This document shows positions 31,697 through 41,716 of a stretch of DNA of 64,000 bases, piece after piece. Position 1 is the first letter of the stretch; every line of letters begins with the position of its first letter. Origin of the DNA: Minisyncoccota bacterium (lineage in GTDB: Bacteria; Patescibacteriota; Patescibacteriia; Patescibacteriales; UBA12465); contig JAIPJA010000002.1 in assembly GCA_021734405.1 (NCBI GenBank), positions 1,145 to 65,144 of the forward strand. Direction: 5' to 3'. A program made the position numbers and the translations under genes. The notes below the pieces were generated by a model that made no database searches, was not told where the DNA came from, and worked only from the letters and a program-made list of their open reading frames with translations.

Positions 31697-32566
31697 ATGA
31701 AAGTTTTAATTTTAGGTTCAAATGGAAATCTGGGTACCCAACTTTTACAGGTTTTCAATGATAGAAATCAAGTATTAGGTTTAGATTCTTATAATACTGA
31801 TTTTTTTGACTTAAAAAAATTGAAAAATAAGATTAATTCTTATTTGCCAGATGTAGTTATTAATGCGGTTGCTTATAATAATGTTGATAAATGTGAAACT
31901 GATGCTGAGGTTAAAGTTTTAGCTGAGCATTTAAATATACTTTTACCCAAGTTTTTAGCTGAGCTTTGTTTGGAAAATAATTATTTACTTATAAGCTATT
32001 CATCTGATTATGTTTTTGGCCAAGAAAATAGAGATTTTCCTTATTCAGAGTGGGATATACCTAATCCAGTTAATTATTATGGTCTAACAAAAGCGAAAGG
32101 AGAAGAGCATGTTATTAAATTAGGACTTTTAGGATTAAAACATTATTTAATTAGGACCTCTAAACTTTTTGGACCTCAAGGTAAAAGTTCTTTTACTAAA
32201 AAGAGCTTTTTTGATATTATGATAGAAGTTTCTAAAAAACAAGCAGAAATAAAAGTGGTAGATGAAGAAATTAGTTCCTTTACTTATACGCCTGATTTAG
32301 CTAAATATACAAATTATTTAATTTCTCAGAATTATCCTTTTGGTATTTATCATTTAATAAATAAAGGGCAGGCTACTTGGGCTCAGGCAGCACAAGCTCT
32401 ATTTAAGGTTTTAAAAATAGGAATTACTATCATACCTGTTAGTGGGCAAGAGTTTCCGCGACCAGCACCTAGACCTAAATATTCTTTATTGGAAAACACT
32501 AAAATGAAACCTTTGCCTTATTGGAAACAGTCTTTGGAAAATTACTTAAAAAAATATTATTTATAA
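31697..32566 (+). CDS. rfbD: dTDP-4-dehydrorhamnose reductase
   Basis: GSNGNLG, SSDYVF, YGLTK, 'RPAPRPKYS'. Confidence 0.9.
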   Translation: MKVLILGSNGNLGTQLLQVFNDRNQVLGLDSYNTDFFDLKKLKNKINSYLPDVVINAVAYNNVDKCETDAEVKVLAEHLNILLPKFLAELCLENNYLLISYSSDYVFGQENRDFPYSEWDIPNPVNYYGLTKAKGEEHVIKLGLLGLKHYLIRTSKLFGPQGKSSFTKKSFFDIMIEVSKKQAEIKVVDEEISSFTYTPDLAKYTNYLISQNYPFGIYHLINKGQATWAQAAQALFKVLKIGITIIPVSGQEFPRPAPRPKYSLLENTKMKPLPYWKQSLENYLKKYYL

Positions 32567-32568
32567 CT

Positions 32569-33294
32569 ATGAGAGGAATTATTCTATCAGGAGGTTCAGG
32601 CTCTAGGCTTTCACCTCTGACAAAAATTACAAGTAAGCAATTGTTGCCGATATATAATAAACCCATGATTTATTATCCTTTACATACCTTAATTCAAGCA
32701 GGTATTAAAGAGATTTTAATAATTGTAGCTCCAGAAAGAGCAGGTGATTATTTAAATCTTTTAGGCTCAGGTAAGGATTTTGGGGTTAAATTTACTTATG
32801 AAATTCAAGATGAACCTAAGGGTTTGGCTGAGGCTTTTTTAATTGGAGAAAACTTCATAGATGATGAAGACGTGGCCATGATTTTAGGGGATAACATCTT
32901 TGAGGATAACTTTTCTAAGGAAATTAATAGTTTTAAAGGCGGGGGTAAAGTGTTTGTTAAAAAGGTACCTGACCCTGAACGTTTTGGTGTGGTTAAGTTT
33001 AATAAAGAAGAAAAAATTGAGACTATAGTGGAGAAACCAAAAAACTGGATAAGTGATTTTGCTGTTACTGGTCTTTATGTTTATGATAGCCGGGTAGTGG
33101 AAATTGCTAAAAGCATTAAACCTAGTAAAAGGGGAGAGTTAGAAATAACCGATATTAATAATTGGTACTTGCAAAAAAGTGAGTTAGAAGCAGCGAAGGT
33201 AGAAGGGCTTTGGCTTGATGCAGGTACTTTTGACAGTCTATTAGCTGCTCAAAATGTGGCTAAAGAGAAATTAGCAGATAAAATGAGTTTTTAA
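32569..33294 (+). CDS. rfbA: Glucose-1-phosphate thymidylyltransferase (short form)
   Basis: GIILSGGSGSRL, KQLLPIYNKPM, EKP, RGELEITD. Confidence 0.92.
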   Translation: MRGIILSGGSGSRLSPLTKITSKQLLPIYNKPMIYYPLHTLIQAGIKEILIIVAPERAGDYLNLLGSGKDFGVKFTYEIQDEPKGLAEAFLIGENFIDDEDVAMILGDNIFEDNFSKEINSFKGGGKVFVKKVPDPERFGVVKFNKEEKIETIVEKPKNWISDFAVTGLYVYDSRVVEIAKSIKPSKRGELEITDINNWYLQKSELEAAKVEGLWLDAGTFDSLLAAQNVAKEKLADKMSF

Positions 33295-33295
33295 T

Positions 33296-34246
33296 ATGAG
33301 TATTACTGCTGGGTTTATAACTTACAATAAAGACAGTTTAAAATATCTGCCTTATTTTCTGCCTAGTTTAAAAAAAGCTTTAGAGTTTGATGCGCAAGCT
33401 AGAATTTTAATGGTTGATAATAGCGAGAATTTTAGCTACAACTTGGATTATGTGCAAAAAAATTATCCCAGCATTGAAATTATATCCAGTGGATCTAATT
33501 TAGGTTTTGCCAAAGCTTATAACTTAATGATTAAATCAGCCTCTAATTCTTTGGCTGATTATTTTTTTATTATAAACCCAGATACTTTAATTACATCTCA
33601 AGCAATTTCTTTATTAAAACAAGCTTTAGAAGCAGATCCTTCTTTAGCCGCTGTCAGTCCTAAGATTTTTAACTGGCCTTTCCCTAAGGTAAGTTTTGGT
33701 CCTAAAATAGATAGTTTAGGTATTATTGAAAAAAAAGGACTAAGATTTATAGACAAAGCTCAAGGTGAGTTTAATAGAGAGAGTTTTAGTAAAGAAATTT
33801 TAGCGCCTTCAGGAGCGGCTGGTCTTTTTCGCTTAGAGAGTTTGAAGGCAGTAAAGAGTAGTTATGGTTACTTTGATGAACGCTTTTTTCTCTACAAAGA
33901 AGATGTTGATTTAGCCTATAGAATGAAACTAAAAGGTCAAAAAACTATGACAGTCTTAGAAGCACAAATAGCCCATGACAGAAGTTTAAGCTCTAAAAGC
34001 AGTAAGTTTCTCTTCAGTTTTAAAGGTAGGGACAAACAAAGTCGTTTTGGTCGTAGCCAGTCTTTTATAAATCAGCACTTACTTTATTGTAAATATTTTC
34101 ATCTACAAAGTTTTAGTTCTAAACTGATTATAGTCTTTAGAATTATAGCTATGTTTATTTTTGCTTTAGTTAAGGAGAGGTTTTTGTTGAAAAATTATGC
34201 TAAAATTATTACAATAAAGAAGGAGATTAAAAAAGCAGGAATTTAA
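33296..34246 (+). CDS. GT2 glycosyltransferase (rhamnosyltransferase-like)
   Basis: NLGFAKAYN, INPD, FFLYKEDVD. Confidence 0.88.
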   Translation: MSITAGFITYNKDSLKYLPYFLPSLKKALEFDAQARILMVDNSENFSYNLDYVQKNYPSIEIISSGSNLGFAKAYNLMIKSASNSLADYFFIINPDTLITSQAISLLKQALEADPSLAAVSPKIFNWPFPKVSFGPKIDSLGIIEKKGLRFIDKAQGEFNRESFSKEILAPSGAAGLFRLESLKAVKSSYGYFDERFFLYKEDVDLAYRMKLKGQKTMTVLEAQIAHDRSLSSKSSKFLFSFKGRDKQSRFGRSQSFINQHLLYCKYFHLQSFSSKLIIVFRIIAMFIFALVKERFLLKNYAKIITIKKEIKKAGI

Positions 34247-34269
34247 GCCTGATTTTAGTTTATAAAAAT

Positions 34270-36528
34270 ATGAATTATAAGTATTATTTGCGTATTTTAC
34301 AGGTAGGAAGTTGCTTGGCTGTGTTAAGTTTATTATTGTTTTTTTCTAACATCTTTTTTCCTTTTATTGGTTCAAAGCAGTTAACTTTTAACATTATTGT
34401 GGAAATTTTAAGTGCTGTTTCTTTAGTTTTTTTAATTAAATATCCTCAGTTTAGACCAAAATTTAATTTAATAAGTTATTTTTTGTTAGCTTATTTAGGA
34501 GCAATTTTAGTTTCTACTTTTTTTAGTTCAGATTTTCTAATTAGCTTCTTTAGTAATGCTGAGAGAATGTTTAGTTTTTGGCAGATTTTACATTTAGTTT
34601 TATTTTACTTTATTTTACAGATCTCTTTTAGAAGCTGGCAGGAGTGGCGGTGGTTGTTTTTAAGCTCTTTGGCTGTGGCTTTTATTATGAGTGTTTATAG
34701 TTTTTACAATCTTAAGCCGGGATCTTTATTAGGTAATGAGGCTTATTTTGCCGCTTTTTTAATTTTCAACCTTTATTTTGCTTTAATTTTTATAGTTAAA
34801 GATTATAAACCTTATAAATGGGTTTATTTAGCTTTTTGGGCTTTTTTCATTCCTGCTTTTGTCGCTGCTGATATTACTGGGGCATTTATAGGTTTAGGGG
34901 CTAGTTTATTTATAGGCCTTATTTTAGTAGCTGTTTTTTATAAAAACAAGCTGTTGAAGTTAAGCTCAATTATTTTGTCAGTTTTAATTGTAGCCATTAT
35001 TGCCTTATCTTTTAGTTTTCCCCAAGCTTCTTTTGTGAAGAACAATAAGGTTTTAAGGCAAATTTCTTGGCAAAAAAACACTTTTCAAACCAGACTTTTA
35101 TCTTGGCAAGCAGCTTGGCAAGGTTTTTCAGATAACCCCGTAGTTGGGGTTGGTTTTGGTAATTTCACCCCCACCTTTGATAAATATTTTGAGGCTGAGT
35201 TTTATAACCATGCACCTAATGAAACTCGCTTTGATAGAGTGCATAATAATCTGCTAGAAGTTTTAGTTACTACTGGGCTTTTGGGAATTATTCCTTATTT
35301 AGCTATTTTTGTTCTTATCTTTATCTATTGGCTGAAGTTATTTATTTATTATAAGAAAAATTATCCTGGTTTTCTACGTTCTTCTTTATCTTTAGTTTTG
35401 TTAGTTATATTATCTGCTTTCGGTGCTTACTTTATCCAAAACTTAAGTATTTTTGACACCTTATCGGTGTTTATGGCTTTTATGATTTTATTAGCTTATT
35501 TTAACCATATAAAAGCTAATAAAGAGCAGTTTTTACCTCAGGAAAAAAATTATAAATATAAAGAGCTGGAAGCAGAAGCTAAAAGAAAACAAGTTGACTG
35601 GTTGCTTATTCCTTTGCTACTGATATTTTTAGCTATAGCTTATTGGTTTAATGTTAGACCTATGCAGTCTTTTGTTATGGGCATTTCAGGTTATAAACAA
35701 ATTTTAGCTGGACAAATTGTGCCTGGTCTAGAGACTTACAAGCAAGGTTTAAAAATAAAACATCCTTTTCAAAGAGACATGTATTATGCTGTTACTTTCT
35801 TAGCCGCTCAAGACACTCAGGGGTTATTTAATGGTTTAAGCCAAGAGGAAAAAATAAATTCTTTAGAGACTTTATTAAACTTTAATGCTGAACTTTTAGA
35901 AATATCTCCTGAAAACAATGCCTACTTCTTAAATCGAGCTTATTTATATAATAAATTAGCTTCTGTCTATAGTGAGGACAATGATAATTACCAAAAATAC
36001 ATGAGGTTAGCTCTAGAGAATGTAGACAAGGCTATTTTAACTAGTCCTAATAGAGTTGATACTTATTGGCTTAAAGGACAGTTGCTTATAAACTTAGGAG
36101 AAAAAGAGCAAGGTTTAGAAAATTTTCTTCAGGCTATTAGTTTAAATCCTGACTATAGCAAATCATATTGTCAAGCTAACCAAGCCTATTTAGTGGTTGA
36201 TAAAAAAGAAGAGGCCTGGCCATTTATGGATAAATGCTTAGAAAAAGGCGGCGTTTCTTATTTAAACAATAGCCCCATTTTAGCTTTAGCTGTTAATCAT
36301 TATATTGAGCAAGAAAATCATGAAAAAACCGCTCAAGTCTATGAGCGTTATGCTAAAATTAACCCCAGTCAAGAAAATTGGATGAATTTAGCTAAACTTC
36401 AAGCTACTTTAAGTAATTGGGAAAAAGCTGAAAAATATGCTTTAAAAGCTTTAGAGTTAACCCCGGAGTCAGATAAAGAATCAGTTGAGTTATTTTTAAA
36501 GATTGTTAGAAGTAAGCAAGTTCAGTAA
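34270..36528 (+). CDS. O-antigen ligase/Wzy_C domain protein with TPR repeats
   Basis: Many TMs, 'GVGFGNF', 'DRVHN'; C-terminal TPR-like helices. Confidence 0.85.
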   Translation: MNYKYYLRILQVGSCLAVLSLLLFFSNIFFPFIGSKQLTFNIIVEILSAVSLVFLIKYPQFRPKFNLISYFLLAYLGAILVSTFFSSDFLISFFSNAERMFSFWQILHLVLFYFILQISFRSWQEWRWLFLSSLAVAFIMSVYSFYNLKPGSLLGNEAYFAAFLIFNLYFALIFIVKDYKPYKWVYLAFWAFFIPAFVAADITGAFIGLGASLFIGLILVAVFYKNKLLKLSSIILSVLIVAIIALSFSFPQASFVKNNKVLRQISWQKNTFQTRLLSWQAAWQGFSDNPVVGVGFGNFTPTFDKYFEAEFYNHAPNETRFDRVHNNLLEVLVTTGLLGIIPYLAIFVLIFIYWLKLFIYYKKNYPGFLRSSLSLVLLVILSAFGAYFIQNLSIFDTLSVFMAFMILLAYFNHIKANKEQFLPQEKNYKYKELEAEAKRKQVDWLLIPLLLIFLAIAYWFNVRPMQSFVMGISGYKQILAGQIVPGLETYKQGLKIKHPFQRDMYYAVTFLAAQDTQGLFNGLSQEEKINSLETLLNFNAELLEISPENNAYFLNRAYLYNKLASVYSEDNDNYQKYMRLALENVDKAILTSPNRVDTYWLKGQLLINLGEKEQGLENFLQAISLNPDYSKSYCQANQAYLVVDKKEEAWPFMDKCLEKGGVSYLNNSPILALAVNHYIEQENHEKTAQVYERYAKINPSQENWMNLAKLQATLSNWEKAEKYALKALELTPESDKESVELFLKIVRSKQVQ

Positions 36529-36631
36529 GGCTTTTATTTTTTATTTTCTTTGCTATAATAAACAAATAGTTAAAGGTATTTAATAATTAACAAATAATAG
36601 TAAATAATTAATAAAATTAATCAATAATCTT

Positions 36632-36913
36632 ATGAGTTTAGAATCACAAAAATTTACACCAGAAACCGGAAATGAAGAAATTAAGAAGATTGAGGCATAT
36701 ATGTCTGATGTAGAAAATTATATTATTAGTCTTGGTTTTACGATAGAAGCTAATAAAGACCAAATTAAGGAAGCATTAGAAATTTTAATTAGTCAGCACG
36801 AAGATCCTGAGCAAGCCACTGCTATTTTAAAGCAATTAATTTCTTTTCTTGAACCTGGTGATAGTTTAGCAGGTAGTGTTAATATGATGAAAGAAGATCC
36901 TGCTGATTTTTAA
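36632..36913 (+). CDS. Hypothetical acidic protein
   Basis: 93-aa ORF downstream of a TGCTATAAT promoter. Confidence 0.55.
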   Translation: MSLESQKFTPETGNEEIKKIEAYMSDVENYIISLGFTIEANKDQIKEALEILISQHEDPEQATAILKQLISFLEPGDSLAGSVNMMKEDPADF

Positions 36914-36928
36914 TAATTTTTTGTTTTT

Positions 36929-37831
36929 ATGTCTATAAAAAGCAAACATCATCCAGCAAAATTTACTTTTCTATACCTTCTATCTTTAGCTTCACTAGTT
37001 ATGGTGGCTTTGGGGGTAGGTATGATTGTATTTGAGTTTATCAACAAATATGTGCCGGACTTTTTAAGTTATTCTTATCAGGGTAATTTTTCTGATGCTC
37101 AAGTTAAATTTGCTTTTTCAGCTCTGTTAATTTCTGCCCCCATATACTTTGTTTGTTCTTATTTTCTGGAAAAGAATTTAAAGAAGGGAAATTTAAGTTT
37201 ATCAGCTTCACTTAGAAAATGGTTACTATATCTAATTATATTTACAGCTTCAGTGGTTATTATGGGCTGGTTAATAGGGCTATTAAATAATTTTTTAGAT
37301 GGTGAGTTAAGTCTTAGATTTGCTTTAAAGGCTTTGACTGCTATTGTTATTTCAGCTTTAGTTCTAAGTTTCTATATTTTTGAAATTAAAAGAACGCAAA
37401 CCCAAATAACCCCTTTAAGCTTTAAGATTTATGGAATTATATTTATAGCAGTAACTTTAACAGCTTTAGTTTTAAGCCTACTTATCATGGAGTCACCTCA
37501 GAAAGCACGTCAAAACAAGTTAGATAATTTAATTTTAAATAATTTCAATCAGATATCTATAGCTGTAGATAGTTATTACAGCGAAAAAGGAGAGTTACCA
37601 GACAGCTTAGAAGCGCTTGATCAGAAGTTTTTAGGTCCTAAGCAATTACTGGACCCACAAACTCAGGAACCTTTTGGTTATAGGGTTATAGATAAAGATA
37701 GTTATGAGCTGTGTGCTAACTTTAGAACTAATACTGAAAATGATGCTGATAGTTTAAGATTTAACTATAGAGATGAACATAAGGCTGGCTGGCAGTGTTT
37801 AGAAAGAGAAGTAGTGCCCATGAAACCTTAA
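36929..37831 (+). CDS. DUF5671-like membrane protein with C-terminal pilin-like segment
   Basis: TM repeats ('LRKWLLYLIIF'); C-terminal 'DPQT...YELCANF'. Confidence 0.7.
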   Translation: MSIKSKHHPAKFTFLYLLSLASLVMVALGVGMIVFEFINKYVPDFLSYSYQGNFSDAQVKFAFSALLISAPIYFVCSYFLEKNLKKGNLSLSASLRKWLLYLIIFTASVVIMGWLIGLLNNFLDGELSLRFALKALTAIVISALVLSFYIFEIKRTQTQITPLSFKIYGIIFIAVTLTALVLSLLIMESPQKARQNKLDNLILNNFNQISIAVDSYYSEKGELPDSLEALDQKFLGPKQLLDPQTQEPFGYRVIDKDSYELCANFRTNTENDADSLRFNYRDEHKAGWQCLEREVVPMKP

Positions 37832-37838
37832 AAAATTA

Positions 37839-37869
37839 AAAAAAGCTGAATTTTTTCAGCTTTTTTTTA
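37839..37869. terminator. Bidirectional-type terminator
   Basis: AAAAAAGCTGAA-TTTT-TTCAGCTTTTTT. Confidence 0.7.
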
Positions 37870-37880
37870 TTTCTATATTT

Positions 37881-39173
37881 ATGAAAATAACTAATAAAGT
37901 AACTATTTTAATATTTTTAATAATCTTAATTTCTGCTGGCTTTTTTTATTTTAAAAATATCCAGGCTGAAGATAATGAGGAAAAACTAGGTGAGGCAGAG
38001 ACAGTCTTAGAAAGTGAAAATGATGAAAACAAGACTCCAAAAGACATTGTTCAAATTATACAAGTAGAAGATGGTCAAACTTATGGCGAGCTCATGAAAA
38101 GCTCAGGTATATCAGTTAGTCTGGCTAATGAAATTTATGAGTCTTCTTTAGAAACCTATGATTTAGCTAGTTTAAGAGCTGGTAAAGAAATTAAATTGTT
38201 TTTTGATCCAGGGAGCAAAGAATTAAAAAGTTTGCTCTACAGTATTGATTCTGAGTCTGAGTTAGTGGTAAAAAATTTAAATTATTTTCCAACTGTAGCA
38301 GATTTAAAGGCTTCTAGCACTGAGGAAGTTGAAGTAAAGGAAAATATTTGGCAGGCAGAAGTTAAAGCCATTGATTATGAAGTAAAGGTAGTTGAAAAAG
38401 AAGGTGAGCTAGCGTCTAGTCTATATAACTGGGCACTGGAAAATAATGTTGATGAAAGAGCGATTATAGAGATGGCTAATGCTTTTCAATGGAGTTTAGA
38501 TTTCGCCATGGATCCTCGCGTTGGTGATACTTTCAAGTTTATTTATGAAGAAAGATATTTAAATGGTAATTATATTATGCCTGGCCAGCTTCTAGCTGCT
38601 AAATATGTTAATGAGGGGGAAAACTATGAAGTATATTATTTTGAAGAAAGTGAAGATAATAAAGGCTATTTTGACAGAGAAGGAAACTCTGTGCAAAAAA
38701 TGTTTTTGAAAGCCCCGGTAGCTTTTAAATATATTTCTTCAGGCTTTACTACAGGACTAAGATATATTAGCGCTTTTAATATTTCTACTGGTCATAGAGC
38801 CATTGACTACGCAGCCGCTTATGGCACCCCTATAAGGACTGTAGGCGATGGAACGGTAGTTATGGCTAAATATAATGGTTCTTATGGCAATATGGTTTCT
38901 GTTAGACACAATGGAACTTATAGTACCAACTATGGCCATATGTCAAAGTTTGCTGTTAGCTACGGAGAAAAAGCAAAACAAGGAGATATTATTGGTTATA
39001 TAGGTTCAACAGGACTTTCTACTGGACCTCATCTTCATTATGAAATGGTTAAAAATGGAGTTAAAATTAATCCTCTTTTAGAGGTACTACCTCCAGGTGA
39101 ACCTATTAAAGAGGAAAACAAAGAAAGATTTTTTGAAAGCATTAAGTCTTGGCAAGAGAAGTTAAATAACTAA
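37881..39173 (+). CDS. M23 family murein endopeptidase (MepM-like)
   Basis: HRAIDYAA, YGHMS, STGPHLHYE. Confidence 0.92.
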   Translation: MKITNKVTILIFLIILISAGFFYFKNIQAEDNEEKLGEAETVLESENDENKTPKDIVQIIQVEDGQTYGELMKSSGISVSLANEIYESSLETYDLASLRAGKEIKLFFDPGSKELKSLLYSIDSESELVVKNLNYFPTVADLKASSTEEVEVKENIWQAEVKAIDYEVKVVEKEGELASSLYNWALENNVDERAIIEMANAFQWSLDFAMDPRVGDTFKFIYEERYLNGNYIMPGQLLAAKYVNEGENYEVYYFEESEDNKGYFDREGNSVQKMFLKAPVAFKYISSGFTTGLRYISAFNISTGHRAIDYAAAYGTPIRTVGDGTVVMAKYNGSYGNMVSVRHNGTYSTNYGHMSKFAVSYGEKAKQGDIIGYIGSTGLSTGPHLHYEMVKNGVKINPLLEVLPPGEPIKEENKERFFESIKSWQEKLNN

Positions 39174-39237
39174 ATATATTTTAAATTTTGTTTATAAGGC
39201 TACTCATAAGTTAGCTTGTTAGTCAGAGTCTTATAAA

Positions 39238-39265
39238 TCTTCCGATAATGTACATTATTTGTTAT
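39238..39265. other. Degenerate dif-like (Xer) site
   Basis: TCTTCCGATAA-TGTACA-TTATTTGTTAT: 11-6-11 layout with a XerC-like left arm; right arm weak. Confidence 0.4.
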
Positions 39266-39283
39266 TATTAAAGTATAAAGTTT

Positions 39284-39302
39284 AGATAAAAACTAGTTAT
39301 AC
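39284..39302 (+). other. attI-like simple recombination site
   Basis: AGATAAA-AACTA-GTTATAC has the same layout as the attI1 core CCCTAAA-ACAAA-GTTRRRY; it is the start of cassette 1. Confidence 0.6.
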
Positions 39303-39491
39303 GCAATTCAAAAAATATTTTTCTAACGGAGAATAAGGAATGATAGGCTTTCAAAGAGGAATAAATTTGATTTTTTCTAAAAAAAGGAGGGGGATAATAT
39401 GGTGTTTTCTCCACTTCTTTCCGAAAACGATTTATTTATAAATTGAAAAAGGTAACAAAACTTATATAATACAAATAACTTTTAATTTATT

Positions 39492-40262
39492 ATGGAGGAT
39501 TTAATGACTCAGAAAAATTTATTAAAAAAAGAAAAGATAAAGGCTTTCTCTATAAAAATATCAAAAAAACTTAATCATAGTATTTGGTTGAAACTTCTGG
39601 TTTTTATTCTACTTTTCATTTTCTTGGTTATAGTGTCCACATTATATCAACCAATTGCTGAGCTAGGCGGAAGGCTCTTTGAACCCATCTCTCTCAAAAC
39701 TTTCTTGGATACATTGACTCCTCCAGAAATGTACACTTTTTTACCATATCTAATCGTTCTCCTATTTGTTCCATTTTCAGGAATATTTTTTGCCTTTAAT
39801 CGTAGAATTAGCGTGGTTCAAGTCATTTCGTTTTATCTTGCCATTATATGTATGTGGCTGATTGCTTTGGCAATTTATATTGTTTTTCCGACAACTGCTT
39901 CGGAAGTTATGATTACTTCATATGACGAATACGCAGCATATTATTTGATATATGAAGGAGCATTCCAAACACTGCAAAACTTATATGGAGCGAGTACTCC
40001 TCTTGGAGATTTTCCTAGTCTACATGTAGCACCACTTATGTTGATGGGTATTTTCCTTCGCAAACATTGGAAGACATTGTTTTGGATATTCTTACCTATC
40101 GCATTTATTGGTGCGACTGGAACATATTTATTGAAATTTCACACGGTTATAGGATTTTTAGGCGGAGTAGCACTGGGATATTTTGGTTATTATGTCTTGT
40201 ACGAAAAAGTCGTTCATAAGTATCTCAGTAAATTTTTTATAGAAAAGGAAAGCCTATCATAA
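39492..40262 (+). CDS. PAP2 superfamily (Aur1/Ipt1-like) membrane phosphotransferase, cassette 1 gene A
   Basis: 'DFPSLHV' and C-terminal His; multi-TM; true start may be ATG 39504 after GGAGG. Confidence 0.7.
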   Translation: MEDLMTQKNLLKKEKIKAFSIKISKKLNHSIWLKLLVFILLFIFLVIVSTLYQPIAELGGRLFEPISLKTFLDTLTPPEMYTFLPYLIVLLFVPFSGIFFAFNRRISVVQVISFYLAIICMWLIALAIYIVFPTTASEVMITSYDEYAAYYLIYEGAFQTLQNLYGASTPLGDFPSLHVAPLMLMGIFLRKHWKTLFWIFLPIAFIGATGTYLLKFHTVIGFLGGVALGYFGYYVLYEKVVHKYLSKFFIEKESLS

Positions 40263-40393
40263 GAGTTAGAACGAAAAATAAGGAATGATAGGCTTTCAGA
40301 GTGGAATATAATGGTGTTTTCTCCACTCCGTTCCGAAAACAATTTGTTTTTTAAAGACAAAACTTATATAAGAATTATAACTTTTAATTTATT

Positions 40394-41533
40394 ATGGAGG
40401 ATTCAATGACTCAGGAAAAATTATTAAAAAAAGAAAAGATACTCGCATTTGATTATCTTAGAACCTTTGTAATTATTCTTGTAGTTTTACATCATGCAAT
40501 TTTAGCATATGTGACATTTATTGATTATTCTGGGGAGTATCTTGTTGCAGATATTGTTCCATCTACCAATTTATTAAATCCAATATTTGATACTGCAAAA
40601 TCTTGGGTTTTTGATATAATTCTTACAATAAATGACCAGTATTTCATGAGTTTGCTATTCCTCTTATCTGGATTGTTTATATATAATAGCTACGAAAGAA
40701 AAGGAACAAAGAAATTCTTTAAGGATAGATTTGTAAGATTAGGGGTTCCTTTTTTACTTTTTGTACCAACAATAATTCCTATTGCTTATTATTTTGCACA
40801 TTTGCAATGGTCAATAAATGGAAATACTGCCCTAAGCTTTTTCGGTTTTTGGTTAGAATATGCTAAAGCTGGTTTTTTTGCATCAGGTCCTCTTTGGTTT
40901 TTATGGGTACTTCTTTTATTTAACCTTATAGTAGTTTTATTATTCTTCAGACCTAAAATAGAAAATAGAATAAAAAATTTAAAAATATTCGAACATCCAG
41001 TATATCTTTTTATAGCCTTATTGTTAATTTCCACTATATCGTTTTTTCCATTATTGTTGATCTTTGGAGGTTCATGGATCGGTGTTGGTCCATTTACTGT
41101 TCAAGGCTCTAGAGTATTGCATTATTTTATTTTCTTTTTATTTGGGACATTTTTAGGAATGTATGGTCTTGAAAAAACTATGTTCAAACCAAATTCAAGT
41201 TTCACAAAATTTTGGTGGATTTATTTAATTATTGGTTTAATCTCTTTTCTATTCTTTTTCCCACTATCTTGTGTATCTCTTAGTTTTGCTACAATAGGAT
41301 TTTTCCTGCGTTATACTAAAAAAAGAAATTTATTAATGGATAGTTTGAATAAAAATGCTTTCGGAATTTATATTTTTCATTATATGTTTATAGCAGGACT
41401 ACAATTTATTTTACTCGGAATCAATATATCAGCAATTACTAAAGGTATTATAGTCTTTTTTGGAGCCTTAGTTTTGAGTTGGGGCTTCAGTTCTGTATTT
41501 CGCAAAATCCCTATAGTCGGAAGAATAATATAA
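40394..41533 (+). CDS. Acyltransferase-3 (OpgC-like), cassette 1 gene B
   Basis: 'FDYLRTF..LVVLHH', 'FMSLLFLLSG', 'RLGVP', 'GPLWFLWVL'; true start may be 40406. Confidence 0.88.
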   Translation: MEDSMTQEKLLKKEKILAFDYLRTFVIILVVLHHAILAYVTFIDYSGEYLVADIVPSTNLLNPIFDTAKSWVFDIILTINDQYFMSLLFLLSGLFIYNSYERKGTKKFFKDRFVRLGVPFLLFVPTIIPIAYYFAHLQWSINGNTALSFFGFWLEYAKAGFFASGPLWFLWVLLLFNLIVVLLFFRPKIENRIKNLKIFEHPVYLFIALLLISTISFFPLLLIFGGSWIGVGPFTVQGSRVLHYFIFFLFGTFLGMYGLEKTMFKPNSSFTKFWWIYLIIGLISFLFFFPLSCVSLSFATIGFFLRYTKKRNLLMDSLNKNAFGIYIFHYMFIAGLQFILLGINISAITKGIIVFFGALVLSWGFSSVFRKIPIVGRII

Positions 41534-41716
41534 CTTTCAAGTTTTGAAAAATGAAATTCACCCCTAACCCCTCTTTCATTTTTCAAAACGAAAAAAATCA
41601 AATTTATAAGAATTGAAGAAAGCCTATCATGAGAATTAAGAACGAAAAATATTTTTTGAACTCACTCCGCTACGCTTCGTGCCACGCTGCGCTCTCCTCC
41701 TTTCAGTCGTCGGGGC

